Assembly: GCF_018350175.1 (NCBI RefSeq)
Contig: NC_058382.1
Span: forward strand, 55,864,001 to 55,928,000
Length of the DNA stretch: 64,000 bases
Direction: 5' to 3'
Origin: Felis catus
Taxonomy: Eukaryota
The notes below the pieces were generated by a model that saw only the letters and a list, made by a program, of their open reading frames with translations, had not been told where the DNA came from and ran no database searches. Of the stretch, positions 1 to 13,972 are shown piece after piece. Made by a program: the position numbers and the translations under genes. The number at the start of each line of letters is the position of its first letter. The first letter of the stretch is position 1.

Positions 1-1725
1 AATGAGATGAAATGACATGGCATGACATGACAGAAAATAAAAGAAAAGAAAAGAAAAGAAAAAGAAAGAAAAAAGAAGGTTCTGAAAAAGAACCATGAGT
101 GGCTCAATGCATTCTATAAAATGAAATTAGGTGGTTCTCAATAAATTCATGCATGACTTCGTGTGTGTGTGTGTATGTGTGTGTATTTATGTAAGTATAC
201 ATATACGTATGTGTGTAGATAATGGATAATTGGGTCATTAAATTTTTTCAGTGTATCGATTATTTTTTATGAAACCTAACTGTCCCATTATAGCCTGTGA
301 AAAATCCAGTAATTGCCCCTTGCCTTTTAAAAAATAAAATAATTGATATGATTTAAATTGTTCAAGTAACAAGAGAATACATTCTAATCATCAGAAATCA
401 AGGCAATTGCCCAATTGTGAACACCCCCATTCACTTGTTTCCTGTGGCTTCCAAGCCATCTCCCCTTTCCAGAGGTTCTCTGTGATCAGCTCAGGGTAAA
501 TCTTTGTAGCCTTTTTTTCCCTATCATGTTCATGTATAGGAACATATAGAAATATGTGATTTCTTTCTTGTATTGAAAATGGGGCCCTGTACTGTGTATT
601 ATTCTGCAACTTCTGTTATCATGGGTTGTGTCTTCTTTTTCCTTGGTGGCTATATACTAGCTCAGGGTACGAAGGTACCAAAATTCATTAACCATCCTCT
701 ACTGATAGACATTTAGAAGGTTTCTTGTTTTTCGCTGTTACGAAGGCAATTGTTTATTCTTTTATTCTGGGGAATGCTTGAGGTTTTACAGTCAACATAT
801 GGCTAAGTAAATATTTAAGATTTTATGTTGACATTTTACTATCAAGTTCAGAACTTTTATTATGCCATTCACCTCTTCATTATATAATATGTATTCTCAC
901 TTTCTAAGTTTTAGTTTACAAGGCCACAGCTATAAATGTTGGTTGTCTTTTCTAGACCATACGTCTTCAGTTTCCATAGCTAAGAGCCAGTGAACAGTCA
1001 CGATGACCCTGTCTTGGATATTTGAGTGATGGTTAGGGATGCATAAACTGGAGAAAATAGAGAAGTGGCCTGTTAGAGATTCAAGAACTCAAATCCTGCC
1101 CCTCCCTCCCTGCAGACCCTTATTCAACTGAAAATAGACATGAAGAACCAGGTGATTATCCAGTGAGACCTCAGATGCGTTAATGAGCAAGGCCAGTGAC
1201 AAACCCTTCAAATTGATTAACTGTGCTGGAGAGCGTAGCTTGGACCTGATCAAAATGGGTGTTTTTGCAGACAAGCCCTAAATCTAACCTTAGACCTATC
1301 TGAAGTGAGTCCGGGGTTTCAGCAATCTTCCTAGCAAGTTCCCATCCAGCAGAGGGTTTCCAGCTGCTTAATAACCCGTCACTAGTGAGGAGATAGAGTT
1401 ATGCTGCCTGCTTATCTATCCTTACTAGGTGGCCCAAAGATGGCATACCTTCCCCAATCTCCACAGAAATATCATGGAGCCTCACTAATAGAGATCATAA
1501 TTCTAAACTAGTGACCCTCCCATAAGAATGGATGAGTGAGGAGGTGTAAAGGGGAGGGACAGAAGAACTCCAGTCCTTCTCTCTCCTGGGGAGTGGCGTA
1601 GGGGTGCCCTCATGGAAACACACAAGGAAGGGACATGATGTGTCCTGCTAGGTATTCCTTAAAATGACAGATTTTCCACACACAAAAAATTTGATGTTAA
1701 TTTTTATTTACTGTTACAAACAGAA

Positions 1726-2134
1726 TGTTTACAGGGTTGAATAGTGTGACCCACAAAAAGATAGGACCATATCCCAATATTCATTCCCTGTGAATGTTAC
1801 CTTCTTTGGAAAAGAGTCTTTACAAATAGAGTTCAACCCTGGATTAGCCAGATGGGTCCGGAATCCAATGACAAGTGACCTTAGATAGAGGATACAGAGG
1901 AGAAGGCCATATGAAGTAGGAGGCAGAGGTGAGAGGGATGTGGCCACAGACTAAGAAACATCTGGATCCCCAGAGGCTGAAAGACATGAGTAAGGATTCT
2001 CCCCAAGAGCCTTCAGAGGGAGCACAGCCCTGCTGACACCTGATTTCAGACTTCTGGCTTCCAGAACTATGAGAGAATAAATTTCTGTTGTTTTAGGCCA
2101 GTTTGTAGTTATTATACCCTAGGAAATTAATACA
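1726..2134 (+). mobile_element. MaLR solo LTR (MLT1B/C-like)
   Basis: Contains gggttgaatagtgt, gtgaatgttacct, cagacttctggcttccagaactatgagagaataaatttctgttgtttt and ends ggaaattaataca. Confidence 0.8.
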
Positions 2135-2983
2135 TTTAGCATAAGAATGAAATAAGGAAGTAGTATTCTAGTCCAAGGCAGAGTATCTAGATAAGTCTGG
2201 TTGCCTTTGCTCTAAACTCACCTGTTTCCTATCACTATTTAGAGCAGTCATTGTTTTTCATGACCCATTTATAATTTTCTTTCACCTAGAAGCCCTTCAC
2301 TGGAGTTTATTCGTGGTCCTGCCTGCTGATGTCTTGCTTCAACTTGTGCCAGGAGGCAGGCAAGGTTCTCATGAGCAGCACTCTGCTGTTCACCAGCTCT
2401 TCCAGGGGGATCTGACTGTTCTACACCACCATTTTTTTGGTTGCCTGTCACTCTAACTTCCAGCTCAACCTCTCTTTTGGTTACACCTTGGTTAAAGCAA
2501 AGTAAGAAGATGACAAAGGCTCTTTCTGTCTGCTGGTGGCCCAAGTCCTCCAAGCCAAGTTCCTCTATTTAGTAGGAATTTGCTTGGGAAGCTTTTATCA
2601 CTATATGTCAACTCATTCAGTTCTTAGTTCGAACTGGATGAAACTTAGTTTCAATCACATTGGCCCCTCTGTCATTGTACCAAATAGCTTTACTAAGAAC
2701 AGCCTTCTTCAGCATCTTTACCTTTTTCGATCCTTTGTGACCAATCAGTGCTTTAAAAATGATTCAAATCCTTTACTTTCTTGTAGGAAATATATTAGAC
2801 AACAAATTGGACAAAATAGGACCATTGGGAATAGTTGTTCTTCCAATGTTCAGCTCATCAAACTTGTTGCCAGGCCATTGGCAATCCTAAAACTATTGGG
2901 GGAGATAATAGGCAGAGACTCCTTGAGGGTAGTTCTTCCCAAGCAGCAAGGACTCCTTCAGGGAGCATTCTTAGAGTGGCTGG

Positions 2984-3136
2984 TAGTGCCAGCTTCATGG
3001 ATGTGCCACTGCTAGAGTCCCATGTGCTCAGTGCAGTGCTCTGCTGGTGCTGTCTTGAAACTGTGGGTAATCTCTGAATAAGTGGTCACACATTTTCATT
3101 TTGCACTAGGACCTGTAAATTATGTAGATGGTCCTG
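2984..3136 (+). mobile_element. MER91-like hAT MITE
   Basis: Contains gccagcttcatgg and cattttcattttgcactaggacctgtaaattatgtagatggtcctg. Confidence 0.65.
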
Positions 3137-3297
3137 GAGGCTAGCATGGGCCTGGGACAGCTGAAGTCCTTCCTTAGCAAACTACCTCCTTCATTGTCCA
3201 GTACCCCATCTGTCTATTGTTTGTTTTCCTTTTTGCTATGTGATGCCACCTGGAAGACTTCAGGAAGCAATACTCTAAGTTCTGCATATGGTGTCAA

Positions 3298-3508
3298 GAA
3301 GTGGTTCTCAACTGGGGTGATTTTGTGCCCCTGTGCCTCCCCCCTCTCTAGAAATATTTGGCAACATCTGGAGACATTTTTAATTGTCACAACTGGGGGG
3401 TTGAGGCCAGGGGTGCTGGTAAACATTTTACAGTGCTCAGAACAACCCCCACCACAAAGTATTATCTGGCCCCAAATGTCAATAGTGCTGAGGTTGGGAA
3501 ATCCTGGG
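3298..3508 (+). mobile_element. MER20 (hAT-Charlie MITE)
   Basis: Contains gtggttctcaactggggtgattttg, tggcaacatctggagacattttt and tatctggccccaaatgtcaatagtgctgaggttgggaaatcctg. Confidence 0.85.
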
Positions 3509-3511
3509 CTA

Positions 3512-3682
3512 GAGGCCAGCCACTCAAAGAAGACCCTTCTACTAGCAGCCTCAGAAAACACCCAGGAACTTGTTGGAAATGCAGAATCTCAGGCTATACC
3601 CAGAGCTAGTTGAGTCATAACTGGCCTTTTGACAAGAACTTCAGGCGACTCATATACCCATCAAAGTTTGAGAGGTACTGGC
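3512..3682 (+). mobile_element. MER5A-like MITE
   Basis: Contains ggaacttgttggaaatgcagaatctcaggc and aaagtttgagaggtactg. Confidence 0.7.
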
Positions 3683-4102
3683 CCAGAGCAAAACTGATCT
3701 GGTTTATGCTTAAGTGTCTGCAAGGATTCCAATTGGGGTGCTATCCTTTGGAGTGAAAGATCCCAAGTTTGGATAAAATAGGGAGAGTATGGCTAGGGAA
3801 AGAAAACCTAGAAACTAGCCTAGTACAGAGCAACAGGTCTAGAAGGCAAGGCAGGAGAGGAAATAGGGGAGAGTCCCCAGGGGGAACAGGAAGGACAGAG
3901 GATAGGAGGGACTGTGAGGTGAGGAGTAGGATGGTACCTGTGGATCCTCAGATCATGAAGTCCTAGGGATAACTTGAATCCACCTTGCATGTAGCTGGTT
4001 GTGCAAGGTGGGTGAACACACACATTTGTGACCATCAGAGACCACTCTGTGTCAAGTGGTGTGTCAGCTGGACTTGGGACACGGATCCTACTCAAGTCCG
4101 CC

Positions 4103-4490
4103 TGTGTTAGTTTGCTTGGCTGTCATAACAAAGTACCAAGACTGGGGTATAAACAACAGAAATTTATTTTCTCATCATTCTGTGGTCTAGAAGTTCAAGG
4201 TCAAGGTATCAGCAGGGTCGGTTTCTTCTGAGGCCTCCCTCCTTGGCTTGGCGATGGCAGTCCTCTCCCTTAGTCTTCACATGGTTTTCCCTCTGTGTTT
4301 GTCTGTATCCTAATCCCCTTTTCTTACAAGGACACCAGTCATATTGGATTAGGGCCCAACCATATGATCTGATTTTAACTTAATCGCCCCTTTAAAGGCC
4401 CTGTCTCCAAATAAGGTCACGTTCTGTGGTGGGGGTTAGGACTTCAATATACGAATTTGAGGTGGGGGCTCAATTCAGCCCACTGACCTA
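4103..4490 (-). mobile_element. MaLR solo LTR (MLT1A-C-like)
   Basis: Runs from tgtgttagtttgcttggctgtcataacaaagtacc through aaggacaccagtcatattggattagggccc to caattcagccc. Confidence 0.8.
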
Positions 4491-6792
4491 TGCTCCTTCA
4501 GCATCAAGGGCTCCCAGTCATCTCCACTGGGCTCTCTTAGCCACCAACTTTGGGTCTTTTCCCCCATGACCCTCCCTATTGAGACTTGAGGTTCACTAGC
4601 TCCTGGGGAGCCCAACACCCTATTGAATATTAAACATATGGGCTCTGAGCTCTTAAAAACAATGTGACTTGTGATCTAAGACTCTGCTCTTCTTCCCAGA
4701 AGGCATTTCCTTCCCTCTATTGGTATACCACACGATATTGAGGTCCTCTAAGTTAACCAGGGCAATTATTAGTAAATGGTTAGAGCATGACTGCCTCAAG
4801 GTTTTGATAGATAGGTCAGAAGAATATGAATGCAAATGCATTTTTAAAGCACACTGCAGCTATTGTTGGGTATAATGGAAAGTCATTAGGCATATTAGCT
4901 GCTGATTTCATAATCAAGTGCTAACATTTTCTGGATGCTAACCTAAGTAACAGGAGATATTGGCCATTTGCAAAACATGTTTAAACAAAAAAGATCCAGA
5001 GACAAGAAGTGCCTCTCATCTTAATTATTATTATATATTTTTTTGCATCATAAAAACCTCTCAAACAATGCTTTGGCAAAGCATAATGGATATGGAGCAG
5101 CTGTAGAAAACATCTCACTTCTTTTGTTTGGAAACAACGTTTTCCAGTTGGAAAGAAAATTTCTGTCCAGCTGATTTTATTCCAAGGAGAGGGTGAATCT
5201 GAGGGAGCAGTCTCTGCTGTCTGAGGCATATCTATCTGTGTCCATCAAGCACTGGTAAAACTTTAGAGGGAATGGTTTGAAATTGTGCTTGTTTTTCTGT
5301 CAGCGTTGCTTCTTCAAGGTCTCTGGGTGGCCGCTGAGTCTACAGGGGCGGGTGGCCTGGTGAGCATCATGTCCAGTCTTTTATTACCAAGGAGTATGCT
5401 TTCATGTTTTCATGAGTGGAGGGGGAACTTCTGTTCTCTTTTCCTGGGCTGTTCATAAGCCATCAGCATCGACCCAGACTTATTTTTCTGGGTGGCTAAA
5501 GTAATATTACTGATCGGTCCAAACATCACATTGGGAGCAGAACTACTCTAGTGTCTGAGCTGATCATACTCAAGCAGGAAGTACATCTTATGTTTAGAAG
5601 TTTGCAGATGTGAATCCATGGCCAGTGGGCCTAGCAATGGTCAACATAACTATGGATCCTCTGAGACACAGCATTCCCTGTCTGTGTTGATACCCTTCAG
5701 GGGACAAGCACCTGTCTTTACCCTATATCAGTTAGCGGTTGCCAGGAGCAAAGCATCCCAAAATTCAGCAGCTTAAACAACAATCATATACTACTTCTCA
5801 TGAATAATTGGTAAGTGGGTGGGGCTGCCGATACAGGTCAGGTATAGCTGATCTGGGTTGAGCTCACTAATATATCTGTGGCCAGTTAGCAGTTCTGCTT
5901 GAGGCTAGTTGGTCTAGATGATCTTTGTGGGGATCAGTTTTTTTCTCCCAAGTGTCTCTCCCATTTCTCCTTTGGGTGAACCCTGGGCACATTCTTATGG
6001 TGATGGTATGGGTCCAAGAGAGGAAACAGAATTGCTCAAGTACTTCAGGCTTCTGGCCCCATTAGGCAAGCAAGTTACAAGAGAATAAGAGGCTCTACTA
6101 AAGATTTAGATCAAGAACACGTGGGAAATTAGGGTCCCAATGCAATCAATATAGGCACAACCTCCTATTCTGAGGACTATCCACTGACTATATTCAGTTA
6201 CCCAGTCTAACTGAGGTCCAACTGGCCTGAGTCAAAGTAAGTGATTGATATTGCTATGTTCATTTTCCCCTCCCTTTTCTGGAGGAATGAGACCTTACCC
6301 TTTGTGTGCTAATGAATAGGGTCATGAAACCATGGGCCCCTCAGGGGAACTGGCCAACATTGCATTCTCCATGCCTCACACATGGTGGGGACTCAATGCA
6401 TGATACAATGGAAAAAAACCAGACAATTCTGCATTCCCAAGTTACAGCTTAAAGTTAATTTCATCATTGCCCCAAATCTTCCAGAAAGTGTGGATATTTG
6501 CTTCAGTCACACCTGTGTTCCTTTGCTTGCCTTACTTGAGAAACAGCTGTGTGTGGGTGAACTGGAGAGAACTGAATTGTCAACCAGCAGGCATCTGAGC
6601 AGTAGACATGACTCAAGATAAGGCGCCCTTTGGTTATCTTCATCAAGGTGAGAGAGGATTGGGCTTCTTGGTCCACAAATTCAATTTACTCATTCTCTCA
6701 GGGAGCATTAGATCTGGGAAGGCTTGGTAGGTGTTTTTTTCCACTTGCTCAAACTCTGTTTATCCCTCAAAATTTTTGCCTAACTGTTCTCT

Positions 6793-6984
6793 CTCTCTCT
6801 CTTTTGAAATGTTCATTTGAGAGTCGGGGGAGGGGTAGAAGGAGAGGGAGAGAGGATCCCAAGAAGGCTCTGTGTTGTCAGTGCACAGCCCTAGGTGGGG
6901 CCTGATCTCAGGAACTGTGAGATCGTGACCTGAGCTGAGATCAAGAGTCAGACACTTAACTGACTGAGCCATCCAGGCGCCCTG
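6793..6984 (-). mobile_element. Can-SINE (feliform SINEC)
   Basis: The reverse complement begins gggcgcctggatggctcagtcagttaag (tRNA-derived head). TSD taactgttctct at 6781-6792 and 6985-6996. Confidence 0.9.
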
Positions 6985-7300
6985 TAACTGTTCTCTTTTC
7001 TATTAAATCTTCCTTGAAAAGTTATAATTAGCTAAACCCTTTGTGTATGACCCATTTCACTTGTGCAGTAGGTTTTTTATTCTTCTTTCATTCATCTGTT
7101 CACCAAATATGTAGTGAATGCTTTCTATGTGCCAGACACAGCTTAGGCAAGGAGTAAAGACCTTTAAACAAAGGCAAAGGCCCTACTCTCATGGAGCTTA
7201 CATTTGAAAGGGAGCATCCCATAATGAATAAATAATCAAATAAGTGTATACTGTAGCAGATGAGAAGAAAAAAAACAAGATTGAATAAGGGACAGACAAT

Positions 7301-7301
<1 letters not shown>

Positions 7302-7345
<44 letters not shown>
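7302..7345 (+). repeat. (GT)n microsatellite
   Basis: Directly visible. Confidence 0.95.
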
Positions 7346-7346
<1 letters not shown>

Positions 7347-7636
7347 TGGGGTCTGTGTTAGACAGTTGGTCAGAGAAGCCCTTTCTATAAGTTGCATTTA
7401 GACAAAGACATGAACTACATGTGGGAGTGGGCTACATGGACATTTATGGGAGAGATTCCTAGGGAGAAGGTTAAGCATGTGGTACAGGCTTGGCTTTTTT
7501 GAGGAACAGCAAGGAAGCCAGTGGGGTTTGACTGAGCAGAGAGAGAGAGTGATACGGCATGATATCAGAGAGATAGGAAGGCTCCTAATTGTATCAGGCC
7601 TTGTAGGCCAGGGAAACAACTTTAATTTTGTTCTAA

Positions 7637-8080
7637 GTGGGATAGAAATTGTGGCCCCCAAAGTTGACCATGTCCTAACCTCCAGAACCTGTGAGTATGT
7701 TACTTTACATGGCATAAGAGACTTTGTAGAAGTGATTAAGACAAGAATCTGGAGATAGGGAGATGATTCTAGGTTATCAGGGTGGGCACAATGTAGTCAT
7801 AAGGGTCCTTATAAGAGGAAGGTAAGAGGGTCAGAGTTAGAGAAGGAAAACAGAAGCAGAGGCTGAGGTAATGTAAGGTCATGAGTCTAGGCATGAGGGT
7901 GCCTCTAGAATCTAGAAATGGCAAGGAACAGACTCTCCCTTGGAGCCTCCAGGAAGGAACCAACCCTGCTTACACCTTGATTTTAACCTATAAGACAATT
8001 TAAACCTCTTACCTCCAAAGCTGTAAGGTAATTAATTTGTGTTGCTTTAAGCCACTAAGTTTGTGGTAATTTTTTACAGA
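7637..8080 (+). mobile_element. MaLR solo LTR (MLT1D-like) nested in an L2
   Basis: Contains ggcccccaaag, agaacctgtgagtatgttactttacatggc and tttaagccactaagtttgtggtaattt. Confidence 0.8.
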
Positions 8081-9617
8081 AGGAAGTCACTAGAGGGTTT
8101 TGCTGAGAACTATAATATGGCTTGACTTATATTTTAAAAAAATTACTAGCTGATTATATGGAGGATGGAATGAGGAAGGCCAAATAGAAGAGTTTCCAAG
8201 AGTCCAGAGAAGAGATAATGATCTAGTGGCAGTGGTAGAGTTAAGTGATAGAATCTCCATGTGTTTTGAAAAAGATAACATAGGACTTAGTATGTAAGAG
8301 ATTGGTTGAAGGGGCTGAGGGGGTAGAGAAGCATGGGTGACTCCCAGACTCTTGACTTAAGTCCCTGAAAAGATGAAAATGTTATTTACTGACAATGGCT
8401 GGAGGAAAATCAGTTTTGGAGGTTTTGTGTCTATATGTGGGATGTGGGGGAGAGTGGATCACGAATTCCATTTGGACATATTATATTTGAAATGTCTATA
8501 AACCATCAAAGTGGAGGTGTCAAATAGGCAGTTGATTTTTTTTAATGAATTTGGAGCTCAGGGGAGCCTTCTGGGCTAGAGGTCTAAATGTGAGAGTTGG
8601 AAGTGAAAAGATGATGCTTAAAGCCATGGGGATGGATGAGATTATCTAGGAAAAAAGTGCAGATTTAGGAGAGCATCAGTGGAGGTGGGGAAGTGGCAGC
8701 ATTCCACGTAGAACTTCCTAATTCCCAAGATTCCCTCTTGTCTGGAACTCAGGATGGGAAAGAGAGCACAGCTAGAATTTTGGGGTAGGGAGTCAACAAT
8801 AAGGAGATTTTTTTAGTTACCCATTGCACTCCATGATGTAGAACATGACTGGACCCAAACTGATATTCACAAGCATTTATTCATAATGGAAAGATATGAT
8901 GCTTTCTTAAATAGATAAATAAAACCACATATTTAAACAAAAGTAGCAATTATATCATCATGTGTACTGTGATACCCTTTGGCTGAGTATGCCCATGAAA
9001 GTGCTTTAATATGAGTTCATGGAATAAATAATGATTGTAAGAAAAGGGTAAATACTTGGGGGAAACAGAAGGAAGTGTACTATGTGGAGGGCAAGATGGC
9101 TTCCCAGATTGATTTATTTGCTCTTGTTGACTGTTTTTATGCTATAAATCTCAGTTGAAGAGTCTTGCTGTATCAAAAATGAGGGCCCAGAAACCCCAAA
9201 CAAGAATACAATGGCTCACCAGGGAAGGCATTTAACTAACCTAAATGCTGCTTTCCTTCCCTGAAGAAATCTCCTCCATCTGTGCTGGAGTCGTTATCTC
9301 TGCCTTCCTTGGAAAGGAGGAAATTTGCACTATCAAAAACAGGATTTGTGTGGCCAACCTGACTTCAGAGATATTAAATGATAAACTTTCCAAATGAAGA
9401 ACAGCATGAACTCAGAGTTCCCACTCCAATTGCTGGGCAAATGAAGATGGTTGGAGTCACATGCAAAACTGTCGGTGGGAAGAACAATTTCTTGATACTC
9501 GGCCCAATGACAACGCTCTGACAAGAGCTCTATTTCAAAGACCTGGTCCAATATTAGGACCTCTAGGAAACTCATGATAGTTGTTGTCCATTCTGCTATA
9601 TTCTTGCCATATGGAGA

Positions 9618-10020
9618 GTGTATCAGTTAGCTGTCGTTCCCATAATGCCTTATAACAAGCCACGCCCAAACTTTGTGGCATATAACAGTAAGTATTTATT
9701 TCTTGGCCATAGCTGTGGGGCAGCTGGGGTTGGTGTTGGCTCAGGTGATTCTGCTCCATGTATTTTCATTCTTGGGACCAGGATGAAGGGGTGGCAAGCT
9801 ATCTGGAAGGAGGACTTCTCATGGTAGATGTTGGAAGCTCTAAGAGGGGTGAGTGGAATGACACAGTATCTCTTGAGACCTAAGTTCAAAAGTAGTGCAC
9901 TGTGGTTTCCACCTGTATTTCATTGGCCAAAGCAAGTAATATGACCAAGTTCAGTGTCAGTGGGGCAGAGAAATATACTCCTCCTATGAAGGCTGGGGAG
10001 AGGAAATGAATATTTATTAA
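9618..10020 (-). mobile_element. Old MaLR LTR (MLT1J-like)
   Basis: Contains tgtatcagttagct, ttcattggccaaagcaagtaatatgaccaag and gaaatatactcctcct, ending ctaatctataca. Confidence 0.65.
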
Positions 10021-13000
10021 ATGATAGGCTAATCTATACAGGAAGGGATACTAATGTTTCTGGTTTCTTGGGAGGGAAATCTGAAACACAGTGAGACCTG
10101 ATACAATGTCTGTGCAACAGTTCTCAGTTGAACTTAGAGAAAACATTTTGTATTGATTACCAAAATTGTCACTCCCAAGGCTATTTTTGCATCCCCATGT
10201 ACATGGTCACCAGACATAGTTATTTCAGAATAACCAGAGTGACTCTGCTACTATCTGTGAAATGCCTGGATGGCAGTGACCACATGGGGTTGATCAGGAT
10301 GACCTTCCGGTCGTTTGGATGATTGCTCATGACTAGATTGCATGGCACAATTTTGAATATTTTCTCTTTACAAAATCAGTGAGTTAAAACCCTTGTTCCT
10401 GGGAGTTCAAACCATAACCATATTATGGCTTGAAACTATGGGAACATGGCACCCATCATCAATCGTTCAAAGATGGATTCATATTTTCCCAGCTGTCAAG
10501 ATAACTGAGAGTCCAGCAGTGGTGTCATCTCAAAGCCAGTCTGGTTTGGCCAGCTTGCCCAAAATAATGAGGGTATATGTTACCTCAAGTCCTCAAAGCA
10601 AAGACTGAGGATCCTTCGTGCCTTTGAGAGTTTCTCAAAACCTGGTCTTCGACACTGGATTCCTCTTTATTTCTTCATCCTTAAGAAAAGCTAAGGTCAT
10701 CATTTCCCACCTCTCTTTGATGTCATGTGTTGGCTGTGCTACTCCTTCAGGAAAGGACATGCCCCACATTATTTTTCCTGCCATCTGTGTGGACTTGGAA
10801 TCTAAAGACAGGCCAAGAGAGAAGAAGGAATTGGCTAGCAGTCACATGACTATGATGAATTCCAGAACACAAGGGTTCAGCAGTGCCTTTCCACACAGAA
10901 TCCCTCCAGAGCCCTGAGGACAAAGTCTCCAAGAATGGACCTGGCCTCTTGAGAAGAAGCACTTTAATTGTTCAGTTTTGTTCATCGAATGTGTTCACCA
11001 AAGCTCATTTCCTTTTTCTCCTGAGCACACAGATACCTCCCAGGCTTCTCTGTAGCTCCAGGGGGTCATGTGACTGAGTTCTAGGCAATGGAATGTGGGC
11101 TGCTGTGATCTGCACCCACCCCCAGGCCTGCTTGATGACGACCTCTCGTGTCCTTCCCACACTCACTTCCCTTTTAGCAGCTGGATGTCCCCTTGCTGGG
11201 CAGCATGGCGGCTGCAGGTAAAAGATGCAGAGCTGCCCTCCAACCAGAACACCTACTGTGACCTTTTATCTGAAGAAAAAATAAACTTCCATTTGGTTAA
11301 GCCACTGGTATTTTGGGGCTTATTCGTTAGATGATAAATGTAACACTCATTAAAATGTGCTTTTTTTTCACATTTTTAGTCTTATAATAAAAGTCTCTTG
11401 CTTTCCCATGCCTCCAAGGCCTTGCTTGGACATGATGGACCAATTGAGAACTCAAGCATATCTTTCCCATCTCTAAGGCCGGGTGACGGCCCCTAGTATT
11501 GAGCCTTATGTTTTGTTGATGATGAAGCTGATGACAACTACCATTTACTGAGGACTTACTATGAGCCAGGAATTATTGAGGACTTACTATGTGCCAGGAA
11601 TTTTATACACTTTATCCCATTTTAACCTCAAAGATCCACTGACATGGATCTTTATCCATGTCCATTTTGCTTTTGAGGATATCTGGGGTCAGAGTAGATA
11701 AGTCATGTGCCTAAGAGGTCACAGGTAGAAACATGGGGAAGTCAGAAATGGAGCCCAGGTTAGGGAACTCAAGAGCTTAGGTGCTATTCTTATAGCAGCG
11801 GTGAGTTCCCAGCCAAGCAGATCATTTGCCCTATGGGCAGATCTTTTTCCAGGCAGCTGTGGACTCCCACCTCTGATGGCCATCTCTGGTAACCAGTGGC
11901 TTTTTTCACTCCTGAGTGACCAAGCTCTCTATGCACAGCTCAGCCCCGGCCCATCTCCGACTCACCTGAGATCCAAACAGAAAGATGCTCCCTGTGCTCC
12001 ATGCTGCAACACTGTTCCTCTTCACCGCCTCTGTTTGAAGACAGGCTTCCGTGAGCCAGCCCTTTCATTAAAAAACCACAGCCTGCCCTTTTGCTCACCC
12101 ACACTGGGAGGCCATGGCCACAGGAGAATCTCTCCTGTTCTCCCTAATGATGGAGGGACTGATGACCCATTGCACTGCTTTCCAGATTGCTGGAGCCCGA
12201 GCAGCAGGAAAAATGCCATCAAGGCTACCACGTCAAAGCGTGGACTTTCTGGAACAATGATGAATGAGCTTAAAGAGGCCTGTGCGTACTCTCCCAGCAT
12301 AACAAGGTACTGGCTCTCAGACTCCCGCCAAGAGGGGCATAGATACTGCCCTGCTGGAATCAGGCCTCCTTTTTCTTTCTCTGGCAGAGGTCTGAGCTCC
12401 TGTCACTATCACTCAACCTTTGTGTCAGTTTCCAGGAAACAGTTAAAGGCGACTGAGAGAACCACTGAGGCCCTGGGAAGTGACTTGGGGTGAGAGGGCA
12501 GGGTGGCAGAGAGCACAGAGCAGGGCTTCTGACCAGCTGAGCCTGGACTTCTCAGAATTCCCCAAGGTGACCATGGTCTGAGCCTGGAGCTGATCCTATA
12601 GTTATAATCGAGGCAGTGTATGGAGTAGTGGTCAGAATGTTTGCTCCATCACTTCCTAATTGCTGAACCATAAATTAATTTTGTAATCTCTGCAAGACTC
12701 AGCTTTATTATGTATACAATGGAGATATTAGAACAAATACCACCCCAAAATGTGAAGACCTATGCAATAGGCAGAGACATTGCTTAGCAAGAGCATTGGC
12801 TTTTATGACATCCATCTAGGCAACTACCTCCTAAGTAAAGTTTGGTTGGTCACCAATATAACAATATTTTTGGGGAAAATATTAGGGCACTGGAATAAAA
12901 TTATGGAGAAGTCCATTGGTGTTCCTGTGGTCATACTCTGGGATTCAGAGAGGCAAGAGTAACTCTGAGCTGCCACCCTTGTTTGTCTGTGCCGGTGAGT

Positions 13001-13550
13001 CTGTCTGGAGCTGAAGGGTGAAGAAGTGACAGGGTGATGTATTTTTCCTACATGAGTGATCAGCTGGCCCCATTCAGCCTCAGCCACCTGTGTCCATGTG
13101 CCTCCCCTCCAGAGGTAGCATCTTTCTAAGATGGGAAAGCCTGGATAGTGTATTACTGTAGCAGAGAGAGAGAGACAACGGACAGGGGAAGGCTGACCAC
13201 AAAGGCGATGGGGAGATTACATGGTTCCTTAGATCCTGAGAGGGGGAAGCGACCAGAATCTATGGGAGTATCAGAAGGACTGACCTTGGCTATGAGGGAG
13301 GACTCCCCTTTCATTGCAAGAACACTTATAAGGCCCTGTCCCAGGTGGTCTAGTCTGATGATGAGAATGGATTTTTAAAAGTCTAAAGCACAGAGAGAAA
13401 TTCCAATCTGTTTTTACCTTCTCAGCCAATTAAGGGGGCTTTAGTTTGGGTTTCCACAGAAGCAGATCCCGAGACTAGGATGTGAGTGCAAGAATTTTAT
13501 TTGGGAAATGATCCTAAGAATTCCAGTAGGTGGGTAGGGAAGAGGGATGG

Positions 13551-13972
13551 GTGTGGTAAACTGAAAATAAGGAGCCAACAGATTTCCATGTCCTAATCCC
13601 TGGAAGCTGTGATGGTAAGTTATATGGCAGAATCATTGCAGATATGATTGCTAAAGATCTTGAGGTGGGCAGATGATCCTGGATCATCTGGGTGGGCCTT
13701 AAATGCAATCGCATGAGTCCTTATAAGAAGGAGGCACAGGGAGATTTGATGTGCACAGAGAAGAAGGCAGTGTGAGCACAAATCCAGGAATCTCAGCAGG
13801 CACGAGAAGCTGGACCGAGTCTCTCCTAGAGTCTCTGGGGAGAGCAAGGCCCTGCTGACACCTTCATCTTGGACTTCTGGACTCCAGAGCAGTGATAGAA
13901 TTAATTTCTCTTGTTTTTAACTCACCAAGTTTATGATAATTTGTTATGGCAGACCTAGGAAAGTCATTCAAT
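13551..13972 (+). mobile_element. MaLR solo LTR (MLT1C/D-like) nested in an older MLT1K/L-like LTR (about 13435-14255)
   Basis: Contains gtcctaatccctggaa, gggccttaaatgcaatc and ggacttctggactccagag. The left flank gggtttccacagaagcagatcccgagactaggatgtgagtgcaag is typical of old MLT1 ends. Confidence 0.7.

Larger units (their letters stand above)
7075..8680 (-). mobile_element. Ancient L2 LINE fragment, interrupted by (GT)n and an MLT1 LTR
   Basis: L2 3'-end motif ttcattcatctgttcaccaaatat...ctatgtgccag. Further L2-like motifs (tttggacatattatatttgaaatgtct, gtggaggtgtcaaataggcagttga) continue past the LTR. Confidence 0.65.

Noticed and set aside
2269..3015. 159-aa and 94-aa ORFs, and a faint reverse-transcriptase-like peptide (GPILSNLLSNIF) on the minus strand
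   Set aside because: Too degenerate to call. It could be an ancient LINE relic, but that needs a Dfam HMM search; no gene evidence.
11801..12493. 230-aa ORF
   Set aside because: Non-ATG (GTG) start, no recognisable homology and no exon context; likely chance.
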